Shown here: in pieces, positions 35,694 through 44,623 of the stretch
Position numbering within the stretch: the stretch's first letter is position 1
How the letters are laid out: every line of letters begins with the position of its first letter
Source: a virus
Taxonomy: Duplodnaviria; Caudoviricetes
Reading direction: 5' to 3' (one strand)
Virus record (IMG/VR): IMGVR_UViG_3300036900_000119
Coordinates: 1 to 58,693 of that record
DNA length: 58,693 nt
The notes under the pieces: model-generated
What the model saw: the letters and a program-made list of their open reading frames with translations, nothing else
Databases searched by the model: none
Told to the model about the DNA's origin: nothing
Translations under genes and position numbers: made by a program

Positions 35694-38216
35694 ATGCCTA
35701 CCTTCAAAACCGCCGCCGAGTGTTTGACTCAAATCTCCAGTATTCAATGGGCTACTCAAGGGGTACAGGGTAACAGAAGTAAAATTAACAGGTTGATGAA
35801 TGGCGACAGCCCGCTTACCGAGGAAGAACGCCGCATCAACCGACTTAACAGCAACAACAACTGGTTGGAAGGGCCTCGCATCGTCAAGAACAGCGCCTAC
35901 CAGTTGACCAACGCTTTCTTCGGTCCCGGCGACTACTTCTCCATCGCACTCGACACCTACAGCGCCGTCCCAATCTGGAAGCGCGACGAATGGAGCGCGT
36001 GCTTAACGTCCTACATCAACAAGGCTCTGCGCGACTCCGATCTGCTCGAATCGACCATCGAACAAGCCATCGCCCAAGTCGTGCTGCATGGTCCCGGTCC
36101 TTCGCTCTGGAACAAGCGCGCTGCCGTCATTCCTGAAACGTGCGGCGTGGATGACGTGATGGTGCCCGCTGGCACGCTGGCAGACATGAGCAACCTCGAT
36201 TTCTTCGCCGTCTATGACGAATGGACATGGGGAGAGCTTTACCAGATGACGCACGGAGACGCGGTGGACAAGGGGTGGAATGTGCCCTACGTCGATGCTC
36301 TCCTAGCCGCGCTTTACAAGCAACCTCTCCAGCCTTTGTATCAAGGCAATCGTTGGTTGTTTCCCGAAAAAATAGCCGAGGACTTCAAGGAGAACTCGAA
36401 CACTTTTGCCGCTGCCGCACTCGGTCGCGTCTTGGTCTGGAAATGCTATTTCCGAAACGAGAAAACCAACAAATGGAACCAGCGCATCATCCTCGACTAC
36501 AATAACGTCACACCCGAGGCTTTGCGCGCTCAATTCTCAATCGACAAGGCACGTCCGGACTTCCTATTCGAGAAGGACGATTACGCTGACGAATGGCGGC
36601 ACATCATCCATTGGTTCATTGGAAACTGCTCCACGGTCGCGCCGTACCGCTATTACTCGATCCGTTCCATCGGCTACCAGCTTTACGGTCCCGCCTTCGC
36701 TCAGAACATGGTGCGCAACCGGCATACGGATCACGTCATGCAAGAGTTGCTCATGCTGTTCCGCAATGTGAGCGACGACGACCGTGAGAAGCTTGAGCAG
36801 ATCGAATTGCACCATCTCGGCATCCTGCCCGATGGCGTCTCTATCGTGAACGCTGCCGAGCGCCATTCCGCTGACTGGAACCTCGTGGGCAACTTCCTCC
36901 AAGGCAATCGGCAACTGATGGCAGAATCGAGCGCGGCTTACCTGCCCGACATTGCCACCGAAGGCGAGAAACCGGCAATGACGGCAACGGAGTCCCTGAT
37001 TCGCAACAACGCTTCCGTGACGCTCACGAGCAGCGTCCAGAACCAACTTTACAAGCAAGCGAAGCACTTCTTCCGAGAGATGGTGCGCCGAGTGTGCCTG
37101 AAGGACGAGCGTGATCCTGTAACCAAGGAAGTGCTTCGCCGGATGAAACTCGATCAGATTCCTCCGCAGGTGCTCAACATCGACATCATGGAGGTGAGTC
37201 CAAATCGCGTCATGGGCGGCGGCAATCGCGCTGTTGAACTCACGACCGCTCGCGCTCTCTTTGAGGCGAAGGGCGCTTTTGGTCCCACGGCAGATCTTCC
37301 GATTCGCCGTAAGTACATGCTTGCACTCACCAACGACCCTGAGTTTGTGCGCGGTTCATTGCCGGAGGTGCCTACCGTTTCATCCTCGTCTCTCGCCGCC
37401 CAATACGCCTTTGGAACGCTCATGGAAGGTGTGCCCGTCCAACAACCGGGAACGCTCAACGAGGTGGATTACATCGAGACGTTGCTCGCGCTCGTGGGGC
37501 AGTGTATTAAGCCGCTTGAAGCCATGCAGGAACAGCCTGCCGCGCTTCCGATTGCCGCCGAGCGCATCACGGGGCTTGTGAACGTCACGCAGCACATCGA
37601 GTTGCACGTCCAGACGCTCGCGCAAGATCCCGCTGCACGCGAACAAGTGCGCGGCTACCAGGCGCTCGTCAACCAGATCATGCAGCAGCTTAAAGCTTAC
37701 GCCCAGCGCGTGAGCGAGATGGAGCAGGCGGGCACGCAAGGCCAGATGAGCGATGCGCAAGCGAAGATCATTTCGATGCAAACGCTTGCCCAAGCCAAGG
37801 CGCAAATCATGGGGCAGACGAACCAAGTCAAGCTCCAGCACAAGGACGCCAACTTCCTCGCTGAACAGCAGCGCAAGGATGCGGAGACACAAGCCGAGAT
37901 CCAGCGCAAGGCGCTCTTGGCACACGCTGATGTAGCCTCCAAGGATTTAACGACCACCGCTGATTTGATCCACAAGGCGCGCTCTGCTCACGTCGATCAA
38001 GCCGTGAGCGATACGGGTGCAGTTCAGGATCACTCCCAAGCGCAACTCGACCACGCGCAGCAGATGGCGCACGCGCAGCAAGCGCATCAAGCCGAGATGA
38101 CACGCGCCCAACAGGCGCACGCTCAAGAGCTTTCCCAGATGCAAGAGAAACACGCCGCTGAACTCGCTGCTGCCAAAGCCAAGGCGAGCGCCGCTAAAAC
38201 ATCCAAAGCCGCATAA
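35694..38216 (+). CDS. Portal protein with long helical C-terminus
   Basis: 840 aa; TATE motif; Q/A/H-rich tail; lies between terL and scaffold. Confidence 0.78.
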   Translation: MPTFKTAAECLTQISSIQWATQGVQGNRSKINRLMNGDSPLTEEERRINRLNSNNNWLEGPRIVKNSAYQLTNAFFGPGDYFSIALDTYSAVPIWKRDEWSACLTSYINKALRDSDLLESTIEQAIAQVVLHGPGPSLWNKRAAVIPETCGVDDVMVPAGTLADMSNLDFFAVYDEWTWGELYQMTHGDAVDKGWNVPYVDALLAALYKQPLQPLYQGNRWLFPEKIAEDFKENSNTFAAAALGRVLVWKCYFRNEKTNKWNQRIILDYNNVTPEALRAQFSIDKARPDFLFEKDDYADEWRHIIHWFIGNCSTVAPYRYYSIRSIGYQLYGPAFAQNMVRNRHTDHVMQELLMLFRNVSDDDREKLEQIELHHLGILPDGVSIVNAAERHSADWNLVGNFLQGNRQLMAESSAAYLPDIATEGEKPAMTATESLIRNNASVTLTSSVQNQLYKQAKHFFREMVRRVCLKDERDPVTKEVLRRMKLDQIPPQVLNIDIMEVSPNRVMGGGNRAVELTTARALFEAKGAFGPTADLPIRRKYMLALTNDPEFVRGSLPEVPTVSSSSLAAQYAFGTLMEGVPVQQPGTLNEVDYIETLLALVGQCIKPLEAMQEQPAALPIAAERITGLVNVTQHIELHVQTLAQDPAAREQVRGYQALVNQIMQQLKAYAQRVSEMEQAGTQGQMSDAQAKIISMQTLAQAKAQIMGQTNQVKLQHKDANFLAEQQRKDAETQAEIQRKALLAHADVASKDLTTTADLIHKARSAHVDQAVSDTGAVQDHSQAQLDHAQQMAHAQQAHQAEMTRAQQAHAQELSQMQEKHAAELAAAKAKASAAKTSKAA

Positions 38217-38221
38217 ACCCA

Positions 38222-38539
38222 ATGAACGACAAACTCGACGCCCCTCCCAAGTACCAAATCCGCATCGACGAAATCTCGTGCTTCTCGTGGCGCGCTTATC
38301 TCGTAGATATGACGCTCGAATCGCACCCGACTACTTCCATCCTCGCCAAGTCGTTGCACGAGTTGATGGCTAAAGTTCTCGTGGCTGTCACGTTGAGAGA
38401 TGTGAACGCGGGCGTCAGTGAGGGCGCGATCCCAAGTGCCGCGCCCGATCTTCCCCAAGGAGGCGAAACGAATCCGACTGCCAACGGTGGTGTGCCGATC
38501 ATCCTGACGCCCAATAAGCGCATCATCACGCCCAACTGA
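38222..38539 (+). CDS. Hypothetical protein
   Basis: In head operon. Confidence 0.6.
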   Translation: MNDKLDAPPKYQIRIDEISCFSWRAYLVDMTLESHPTTSILAKSLHELMAKVLVAVTLRDVNAGVSEGAIPSAAPDLPQGGETNPTANGGVPIILTPNKRIITPN

Positions 38540-38541
38540 TT

Positions 38542-38865
38542 ATGGCCGCTGAACCACAAATCGCCCTCTCGCCCAAGAAGCGGTTCCTGAACAACCCGGC
38601 AATCGCTTCATCGCACAGCGACCTCATGGCGTCACCCGCCTTTCAGGAAGCGGCAAGAACGGCGCTCCTTGCCTACCAGCAGCACGTTTTGACGGTGGAC
38701 CCTACAGGACTCACGATTGCCGCCGCCAAACTGCGTGGCGCGCAGGAATACCTGAACACGCTGATGAATCTCGGCCTTCCCGAGACTCGCACCACCGCTA
38801 CCGTGGACTCCAGTTTGGTGCCTCCAGAAGAATCTTTGAACCGTCCTTACAAGCCAACTCCGTAA
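38542..38865 (+). CDS. Hypothetical head-module protein
   Basis: KLRGA..YL..L helix; usual position before scaffold. Confidence 0.68.
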   Translation: MAAEPQIALSPKKRFLNNPAIASSHSDLMASPAFQEAARTALLAYQQHVLTVDPTGLTIAAAKLRGAQEYLNTLMNLGLPETRTTATVDSSLVPPEESLNRPYKPTP

Positions 38866-38874
38866 CCCTCGATT

Positions 38875-40248
38875 ATGCCAACCGAAACCCCTCCCGCCGT
38901 TCCCAAAACCGCCGTCGCACCTACGCCTACGGCTGAATACAAAATCTCCGAGCACGCCCCGAGCACGCCCGCGCCACGCAACCCCGCGCTCACGGAAGCC
39001 CTGAATCGACGCGCAGGAAATGCTCCTCAGCGCGACGCCTCTCTCCCCGGAGAAGCGCGCATCATCCCGTCTCAGCCGCCGCGTTCGCCGTTGGAACCAA
39101 CACCCCAAGCGCCTCCCGCAAAAGCGCCCGATGACGAGAAGCCTGCCGCGCACGTCAAATTCGTGACGCCCGACGAGCGCGAACCTGCCGCGCCATCGGT
39201 AACTCCCGCGCCGGCCGCTACGCCAAGCGCCGAACCCTCGCCCGAAGTCATCAAGAGCGCACCCGCTCAACTCCGTGATGCCTTCGAGAAACTTAAAGCT
39301 GACTTTGCCACGCGTGCCGCCGAGGGTGAAGTGACGAAGAAGGAACTGGCCACATACCGAGCCAAGGCTGCGCAATACGAAGATCGCATCAAGACCCTCG
39401 AAAGCGCTGAGGGCCGCGTGAAGGAACTGGAGCAGCGCACGCTCACGCTCGACGAGCAACTCCGCGTCACCAACTACATCCAACACCCCGAGTTTCACGA
39501 AAAGTTCACGCGCCCGGTGTCCGAAGCCATCCAGAGCGGTCGCGCCATGGTCAAGGAACTCATGGTTCAAGGCGAACAACGCCTTGGGACAGACGAAGAT
39601 TTTGATGCCGTGCTCGCCCAACCCAACTACACGCTCGCGGCTGACAAGGCTGTTGAACTGTTCGGCGACCGCATGGGACCTGCCGTGTTCGAGGAAAGTA
39701 AGCGTGTCAAAGCCGCCCAACAAGCCCGCGCCAAAGCCGTCAACGAAGCTTCTCTCAAGTCCCAAGAGTGGCTCAAGAACCGTCAGGTGCGTGATGCCGA
39801 GTCCCGCGCACGCGCCCGCACGGAGTTCGATAAAGCCGCTAAAGAGCTTGAGGCGCGTTATCCCGGCCTTTACACGCCCTCAGCCGATGACACCGAGGCG
39901 CTCGCCGCCCGCCAGCAGGGTGAGGCACTGGCGCGCATCGTCGTGGACGGCAAACCCGAGGACATGCCGCCCGAAGCATACCTTGCCAGCGTGGCCAAGG
40001 CGTATCACAGGCTAGGCTCGTGGCCGATGCACCAGCTCAAGATTGCCCGCTTGGAAGCGGAGCTTGAGAAAACCAAGACACGCCTTTCGGCCTACGAGAA
40101 GTCCACGCCTGACAACGGCTCACGACAGCAACCTGGAGGCGTCAAGCAGGACGCAGGCGGCGTTGTGGTGGGTGGCACGACGGATTACGAAGCCATGATG
40201 CAGGCGTCCCTTAAAGAGCGGGCTAACCGCGTTGGACGGAGGCGTTAA
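38875..40248 (+). CDS. Capsid scaffolding protein
   Basis: Pro/Ala-rich N-terminus plus coiled coil; between portal and capsid genes. Confidence 0.72.
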   Translation: MPTETPPAVPKTAVAPTPTAEYKISEHAPSTPAPRNPALTEALNRRAGNAPQRDASLPGEARIIPSQPPRSPLEPTPQAPPAKAPDDEKPAAHVKFVTPDEREPAAPSVTPAPAATPSAEPSPEVIKSAPAQLRDAFEKLKADFATRAAEGEVTKKELATYRAKAAQYEDRIKTLESAEGRVKELEQRTLTLDEQLRVTNYIQHPEFHEKFTRPVSEAIQSGRAMVKELMVQGEQRLGTDEDFDAVLAQPNYTLAADKAVELFGDRMGPAVFEESKRVKAAQQARAKAVNEASLKSQEWLKNRQVRDAESRARARTEFDKAAKELEARYPGLYTPSADDTEALAARQQGEALARIVVDGKPEDMPPEAYLASVAKAYHRLGSWPMHQLKIARLEAELEKTKTRLSAYEKSTPDNGSRQQPGGVKQDAGGVVVGGTTDYEAMMQASLKERANRVGRRR

Positions 40249-40250
40249 AT

Positions 40251-40439
40251 ATGGACCCTGAATCGAACGAAAAGCTCGATCACGCCTTAATCAGCAGGTG
40301 GTTGTATACGAAGCGTCACATGCAACTCATCCACAACCTAGTCACTGACCGATACGGTTGGTTCGTCGAGGAAACCGGCGAAATCGAAGGATGGTACGCC
40401 GATAAAGAAACCGCTCTGGCCGCACCTCATTCAGAATGA
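40251..40439 (+). CDS. Hypothetical protein
   Basis: 62 aa, coupled to neighbours. Confidence 0.55.
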   Translation: MDPESNEKLDHALISRWLYTKRHMQLIHNLVTDRYGWFVEETGEIEGWYADKETALAAPHSE

Positions 40440-40834
40440 AAGACTTCATCCAATCTCCGCACGCCGCCTCGCACACCCGCGATTCCGACATCACCGAATC
40501 ACCGTGGCCATGCGTCACGAAGTCGTTGCTCGCCGATCACGAAAAGCTCGAAGCGTCCCATACGCCCGAGCAGATCAACCAAGGCGTGTTCGCCTTGATT
40601 CGCGCGCGCAAAGCTGTCCATGATGCACTGTTGTCGGTGTGCTTTTGCCAACGCCTGCACCGCGAGGACGGTGCTACTCACGGACGCCTTGCCGCGCTCG
40701 CCGAGAGGCTTACAGCGTGCCATGCCGACTTCCCACTCACGATCCTTGAGAACGCCAAGAATAGGCCACGGAGGCACATTATGGCGGGGCAGGATTCGGT
40801 GGACAGGCCGACGCCGTGGGGGGTGGAGGATTAG
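40436..40834 (+). CDS. Hypothetical protein
   Basis: ATGA-coupled. Confidence 0.55.
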   Translation: MKDFIQSPHAASHTRDSDITESPWPCVTKSLLADHEKLEASHTPEQINQGVFALIRARKAVHDALLSVCFCQRLHREDGATHGRLAALAERLTACHADFPLTILENAKNRPRRHIMAGQDSVDRPTPWGVED

Positions 40835-40998
40835 TTTTTGACGTGGGGAGTCCGAACTTCGTGCTCGTTGTACGGCGGGATGCCCTTGAAAAGCTTGGCG
40901 ATCTTGATTCTGCCCTTGGCGTTTTGACGGCGAGCAGCCTCGTTAACTTGCGCGAGCAGGGCTTTTTGATCGGGTGTGGTTTCGGATTTGGTTTTCAT
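40831..40998 (-). CDS. Small basic protein (absent from ORF track)
   Basis: MKTKSETTPDQKALLAQVNEAARRQ...; ATGA-coupled to the HNH gene. Confidence 0.4.
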   Translation of the reverse strand: MKTKSETTPDQKALLAQVNEAARRQNAKGRIKIAKLFKGIPPYNEHEVRTPHVKN

Positions 40999-41660
40999 AG
41001 GGTTGTCGTTGGAGCAGCAGGAAGCGGAGGCGCGACAGTCTTGGGTTTCGGCTTAAAAGGGGAAGGCAAAATCGGAAAGGTGATCGGTTTATCCTCCAAC
41101 ACGTCCCGGTAACTGATTCCAAGATTGATCTTGGAAATTGAAAGCACCGTCGTCAAACCGAACTCTTTGGTGATGTCCTTAACTCGCTGACCAGCCCTCA
41201 GCTTGTCGCGTATGGAGATCACTTCTTCACGCGTGAACCGAGACATCGGATGTCCCAATCCAACCAGGTGCTCGTTGCGCGGCGGGGATTTTCCGTGCTT
41301 CAATACGTGCCACGAATGGATTGCGTTGTAGCCCTGCGTGACGACTTCCAGATTCTCGGGACGGTTGTCGGTCTTAGTTCCGTTCTTGTGGTTGATGGTT
41401 AAACCTGCCGGAATGTCTCCGAAAAAGTGAAAGTAGACAAGTCGGTGCGCAAAAACTTGCGCTCTTTTGTTAAGAATTTTCGTGACGATACGATAGTAGC
41501 CGTACGAAGCAGGAGTTTCCGCCCGCCTTGGAGTTACGGGGATCAGCATCCTCGATCCATCGTTTAAGACGCGGTGGCATTTCCAAATTGTGCCATCCGG
41601 ATGAATTGAAAGGACTCCTGTTTTTACAAGGTAATCATGGACGTAATGCTCTCTAGTCAT
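40995..41660 (-). CDS. HNH homing endonuclease
   Basis: AHRLV...INHKNG.K.DNR..NLE..T...N..H; C-terminal HTH; start could also be 41684. Confidence 0.9.
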   Translation of the reverse strand: MTREHYVHDYLVKTGVLSIHPDGTIWKCHRVLNDGSRMLIPVTPRRAETPASYGYYRIVTKILNKRAQVFAHRLVYFHFFGDIPAGLTINHKNGTKTDNRPENLEVVTQGYNAIHSWHVLKHGKSPPRNEHLVGLGHPMSRFTREEVISIRDKLRAGQRVKDITKEFGLTTVLSISKINLGISYRDVLEDKPITFPILPSPFKPKPKTVAPPLPAAPTTTL

Positions 41661-41942
41661 TAAGAGTTTTCTACGCCCACGCATGGTTGCCTGTCAAGGC
41701 TACAAGTGAAAAACATGCTTGACGCTTGTATTTTCAAAGCTTACCCGTGACGCAAGACGTATCAGTGCCTTTCGTCTGAAGGCCGCGAGGGATTCGGCGG
41801 TGCGAAAACCGCAACTGAGTAAGGGACGCTGTTCTCTCGGGCAGCAAATGGTGTAAGGCGATTCTCGCCACTTCGCACGGCAACGCATGGTTGCCAGTTC
41901 ACAAAACCGCAGATCACGTAAACGCCTAAACTACAATTTTTT

Positions 41943-43736
41943 ATGCCGGAAGGTTGCATTTCACCCCAGGAATTTAGCTCGTTTTTGTTGGAGGAATTGC
42001 CTATTTATGAGGCCCTCATCATCCGAGACATCACCCCTACCGACGGCTGGATCGGCCACGTCAGCGTAGGACAATGGGACCCATTCGACGGCACCCAACA
42101 CATCCTTGACCGTTTCCGCGACGTTCAGCCGGACGTGACGAAGAAGTGGCTCGATGTCAGTAACCAGAACTGTCTCGGTGGCAGTGCCGCGCCGTGCGAC
42201 CCGCCCGAAAACTTCATCGGCTGGGGTTCGACGCGCATCACCTACGGCCAGCAACGGCAGAGCTGGCGCTCCCAGCTTTTGTGCTTCGACCAGATTTTGA
42301 CGGTCAACAAGGCGCAGCAGCACGTCGAGCAGATCGTGGCCGACATCCTTCGCCCCGCGACCTCGCGCATCGCCTCGCAATACCTGCGCAAGAGCGCGGC
42401 TGCGATTGCGGGAACCAAGTGGCTCGCATCGGCCGGCATGACGCCGTTCACGTTCTCGTGGGAAACCACCGGGGATGCCGAGATTTTTATGACCACGAGC
42501 GGGGAGCCGTCGAGCAAGATCACGCCGCAGATGCTCCAGCGCCGGGTTCAACCCTTGCGCAATATCGGTTACTTCGGCAAGTGGACGAATGATCCTTTCT
42601 TCGGCGGGTACGATTCCATGATCGAGCTTTGCACCGACGACGACACGGCCTGGGACTTGGATAAAGTCGCGCAGGACTTGAAGGTGTCGCAGGCGTGGCG
42701 GTTCAACATGTGGGATGCCGCGCACGACTATTACAAGTACGGCATCGGCGGGCAGTTGGGCAATTACATGGTTCGCATTGATCCGTTCCCGATCCGGTTC
42801 AACAAGGTGTCCACGAACCGTTTCCAGATCGTGCTGCCTTACATCAACGAGGCGGCGACGGTGGGCATCGGACGCGCCAACAACCCTGATTGGTTCACGG
42901 CCCAATACCAGTGGAGCTTCATCCATCACCGCATGGCCATGAAAGTCATGGTCCAGCGCATGGAACAGGTGAACGCGCTCATGCCCTTCGCGGTGCGCGA
43001 TCTCTCCGGTCAATGGCGCTTTGCCATTAACGACCTGGGCATCGACTGCAATGGCGATCCGATTGCCAATTACCGTGGGAACAAAGGGTTCTTCTATGCT
43101 GACTTCCAGTATGCCACGGAGCCGTACTACGTGGAGTGGGAAGAACTGATCTTCCACAAGCGTGAGCCCGCTTTCGTGGTTGAGGTGGATACGTGCGCTG
43201 CTGATCCTGGCGCGCCGACGCAGTACTACAACAGCGCCAACTCGACGTGCGGTGACGCACTGGAGTTTTCGCCGGTTGAAGGGCCTGATGGCCACTTCCG
43301 AATTGCCGCCAACTCGGTGACGTGTAGCGACAACGTGGTTACGGCTGCCGCAATCGACGCCGCCACTATCCCGGACCTTGTTACGGCGCTAAACTCCACC
43401 TCGGCGCTCAGTACACTCGGGACGTGGGTGCAGAACGGCACGAACATCCTGCTCACGGAAACCACCTGCACATCGGTGGACATACCGTGGGTGTTCTCCA
43501 TCACGATCACGCCGCAAGCCAATGGCGCAGGGCGCTACGTTCTGGCTGCCGACACCGTTCAGTGCAACGGACGCACGGTGCCCAACGGCGCGTTGAACAC
43601 GGCGACAGTCGCCGCCATGGCTACGGCGATGACCGCAGACCCGGCTCTGTCGGCTCTGGGAACGTGGACAGTCTCCAGCAGCAACATTATCTTCGTCGGC
43701 GAGTGTCAGACGATCGTGACGCCCTGGGTCACCTAG
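41943..43736 (+). CDS. Major capsid protein with duplicated C-terminal domain
   Basis: Follows scaffold; strongly GC-biased codons; structured leader upstream and hairpin downstream. Confidence 0.75.
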   Translation: MPEGCISPQEFSSFLLEELPIYEALIIRDITPTDGWIGHVSVGQWDPFDGTQHILDRFRDVQPDVTKKWLDVSNQNCLGGSAAPCDPPENFIGWGSTRITYGQQRQSWRSQLLCFDQILTVNKAQQHVEQIVADILRPATSRIASQYLRKSAAAIAGTKWLASAGMTPFTFSWETTGDAEIFMTTSGEPSSKITPQMLQRRVQPLRNIGYFGKWTNDPFFGGYDSMIELCTDDDTAWDLDKVAQDLKVSQAWRFNMWDAAHDYYKYGIGGQLGNYMVRIDPFPIRFNKVSTNRFQIVLPYINEAATVGIGRANNPDWFTAQYQWSFIHHRMAMKVMVQRMEQVNALMPFAVRDLSGQWRFAINDLGIDCNGDPIANYRGNKGFFYADFQYATEPYYVEWEELIFHKREPAFVVEVDTCAADPGAPTQYYNSANSTCGDALEFSPVEGPDGHFRIAANSVTCSDNVVTAAAIDAATIPDLVTALNSTSALSTLGTWVQNGTNILLTETTCTSVDIPWVFSITITPQANGAGRYVLAADTVQCNGRTVPNGALNTATVAAMATAMTADPALSALGTWTVSSSNIIFVGECQTIVTPWVT

Positions 43737-43751
43737 TAAGAGTTGGTTCAT

Positions 43752-43789
43752 TGGAGGCGTGCTCGTTGTCGAGGCGGGCGCGCTCTCCA
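43752..43789 (+). terminator. Stem-loop after capsid gene
   Basis: TGGAG-GCGTGCTCGTT...GGCGGGCGCGC-TCTCCA; no U-tract. Confidence 0.45.
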
Positions 43790-43843
43790 TCCGGTAAACA
43801 GCCTCGAACAAACCTACTGAACACTTAACGAAAAGGAACGCCA

Positions 43844-44167
43844 ATGGTCGCAGATCCCTGCCTTTCACCTCCCGCGTCGTGTGATTTGTGGATTTACCAG
43901 TCTCCCGGTGAGCAACGATTTCTCCTGCTCCAACTGCTCAATGCGCTTCTCACCTCGCCACAGACGCTCGATCAACTCAAGACCGACAGCAACGGGTGGT
44001 GGTGCCAAGGCTCACCTGCCAAGCTGCGCGCTCTCCAGGCGCAAATGGTCGCCACCGATCTTTCAGGGGCCGTCACGGCGCAACCGATCTGTTGGACTCC
44101 ACTCCAACTTGAAGGCGCAATATCGTACGTGACATGCAAGCTGCTCGGGCAGATGTCGATTCGGTAA
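43844..44167 (+). CDS. Small Cys-rich putative virion protein
   Basis: Diverged C..G....L.A motif; follows capsid gene. Confidence 0.65.
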   Translation: MVADPCLSPPASCDLWIYQSPGEQRFLLLQLLNALLTSPQTLDQLKTDSNGWWCQGSPAKLRALQAQMVATDLSGAVTAQPICWTPLQLEGAISYVTCKLLGQMSIR

Positions 44168-44180
44168 CACGATTACCATC

Positions 44181-44417
44181 ATGGCCGCGCCCGATTGCTC
44201 AACGCAAACGCTCACAACGGATGGCGTTTGCCTCGTCCAAGGAATGTCGGTTCACCAACTCCTTGCGTACATCGCCTACCAACTGGCGGTCAACGCTGGA
44301 CAGGAGCCTATCGCGTCCAACCTCGTGAACCTATCGCGTTGTTTGGCGCAAGGCATGGGTGATCGGCAGTTGTTGGCTGCGATAGCCTTCCTGCAATGCG
44401 AATTGGCGGGGGTTTAA
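44181..44417 (+). CDS. Small Cys-rich putative virion protein with internal duplication
   Basis: CLVQGMSVHQLLA / CLAQGMGDRQLLA. Confidence 0.7.
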   Translation: MAAPDCSTQTLTTDGVCLVQGMSVHQLLAYIAYQLAVNAGQEPIASNLVNLSRCLAQGMGDRQLLAAIAFLQCELAGV

Positions 44418-44421
44418 TTCC

Positions 44422-44619
44422 ATGGCATGTGACGCTCAAACGCTTGTGTCCGGGACGAGGTGCGTCGTTCAAGGAATGGCTCCGCGCCAACTCGTAGCGG
44501 CGTGGGCGCAAGGAACCTGCGCTCCGATTCCACCGCCTCCAGAGGGAGGCGGCATAACCACCGATCCCGGTGGAGACATTATCACAACTTACGGTGGCGT
44601 AATCATCGTCCCCGACTAA
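44422..44619 (+). CDS. Small Cys-rich protein with C-terminal candidate docking peptide
   Basis: CVVQGMAPRQLVA; Pro linker; ITTDPGGDIITTYGGVIIV. Confidence 0.68.
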   Translation: MACDAQTLVSGTRCVVQGMAPRQLVAAWAQGTCAPIPPPPEGGGITTDPGGDIITTYGGVIIVPD

Positions 44620-44623
44620 CTCT

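Noticed and set aside
40995-41684. HNH genes as group I intron or intein cargo
   Set aside because: Both HNH genes are antisense and intergenic; flanking genes appear uninterrupted
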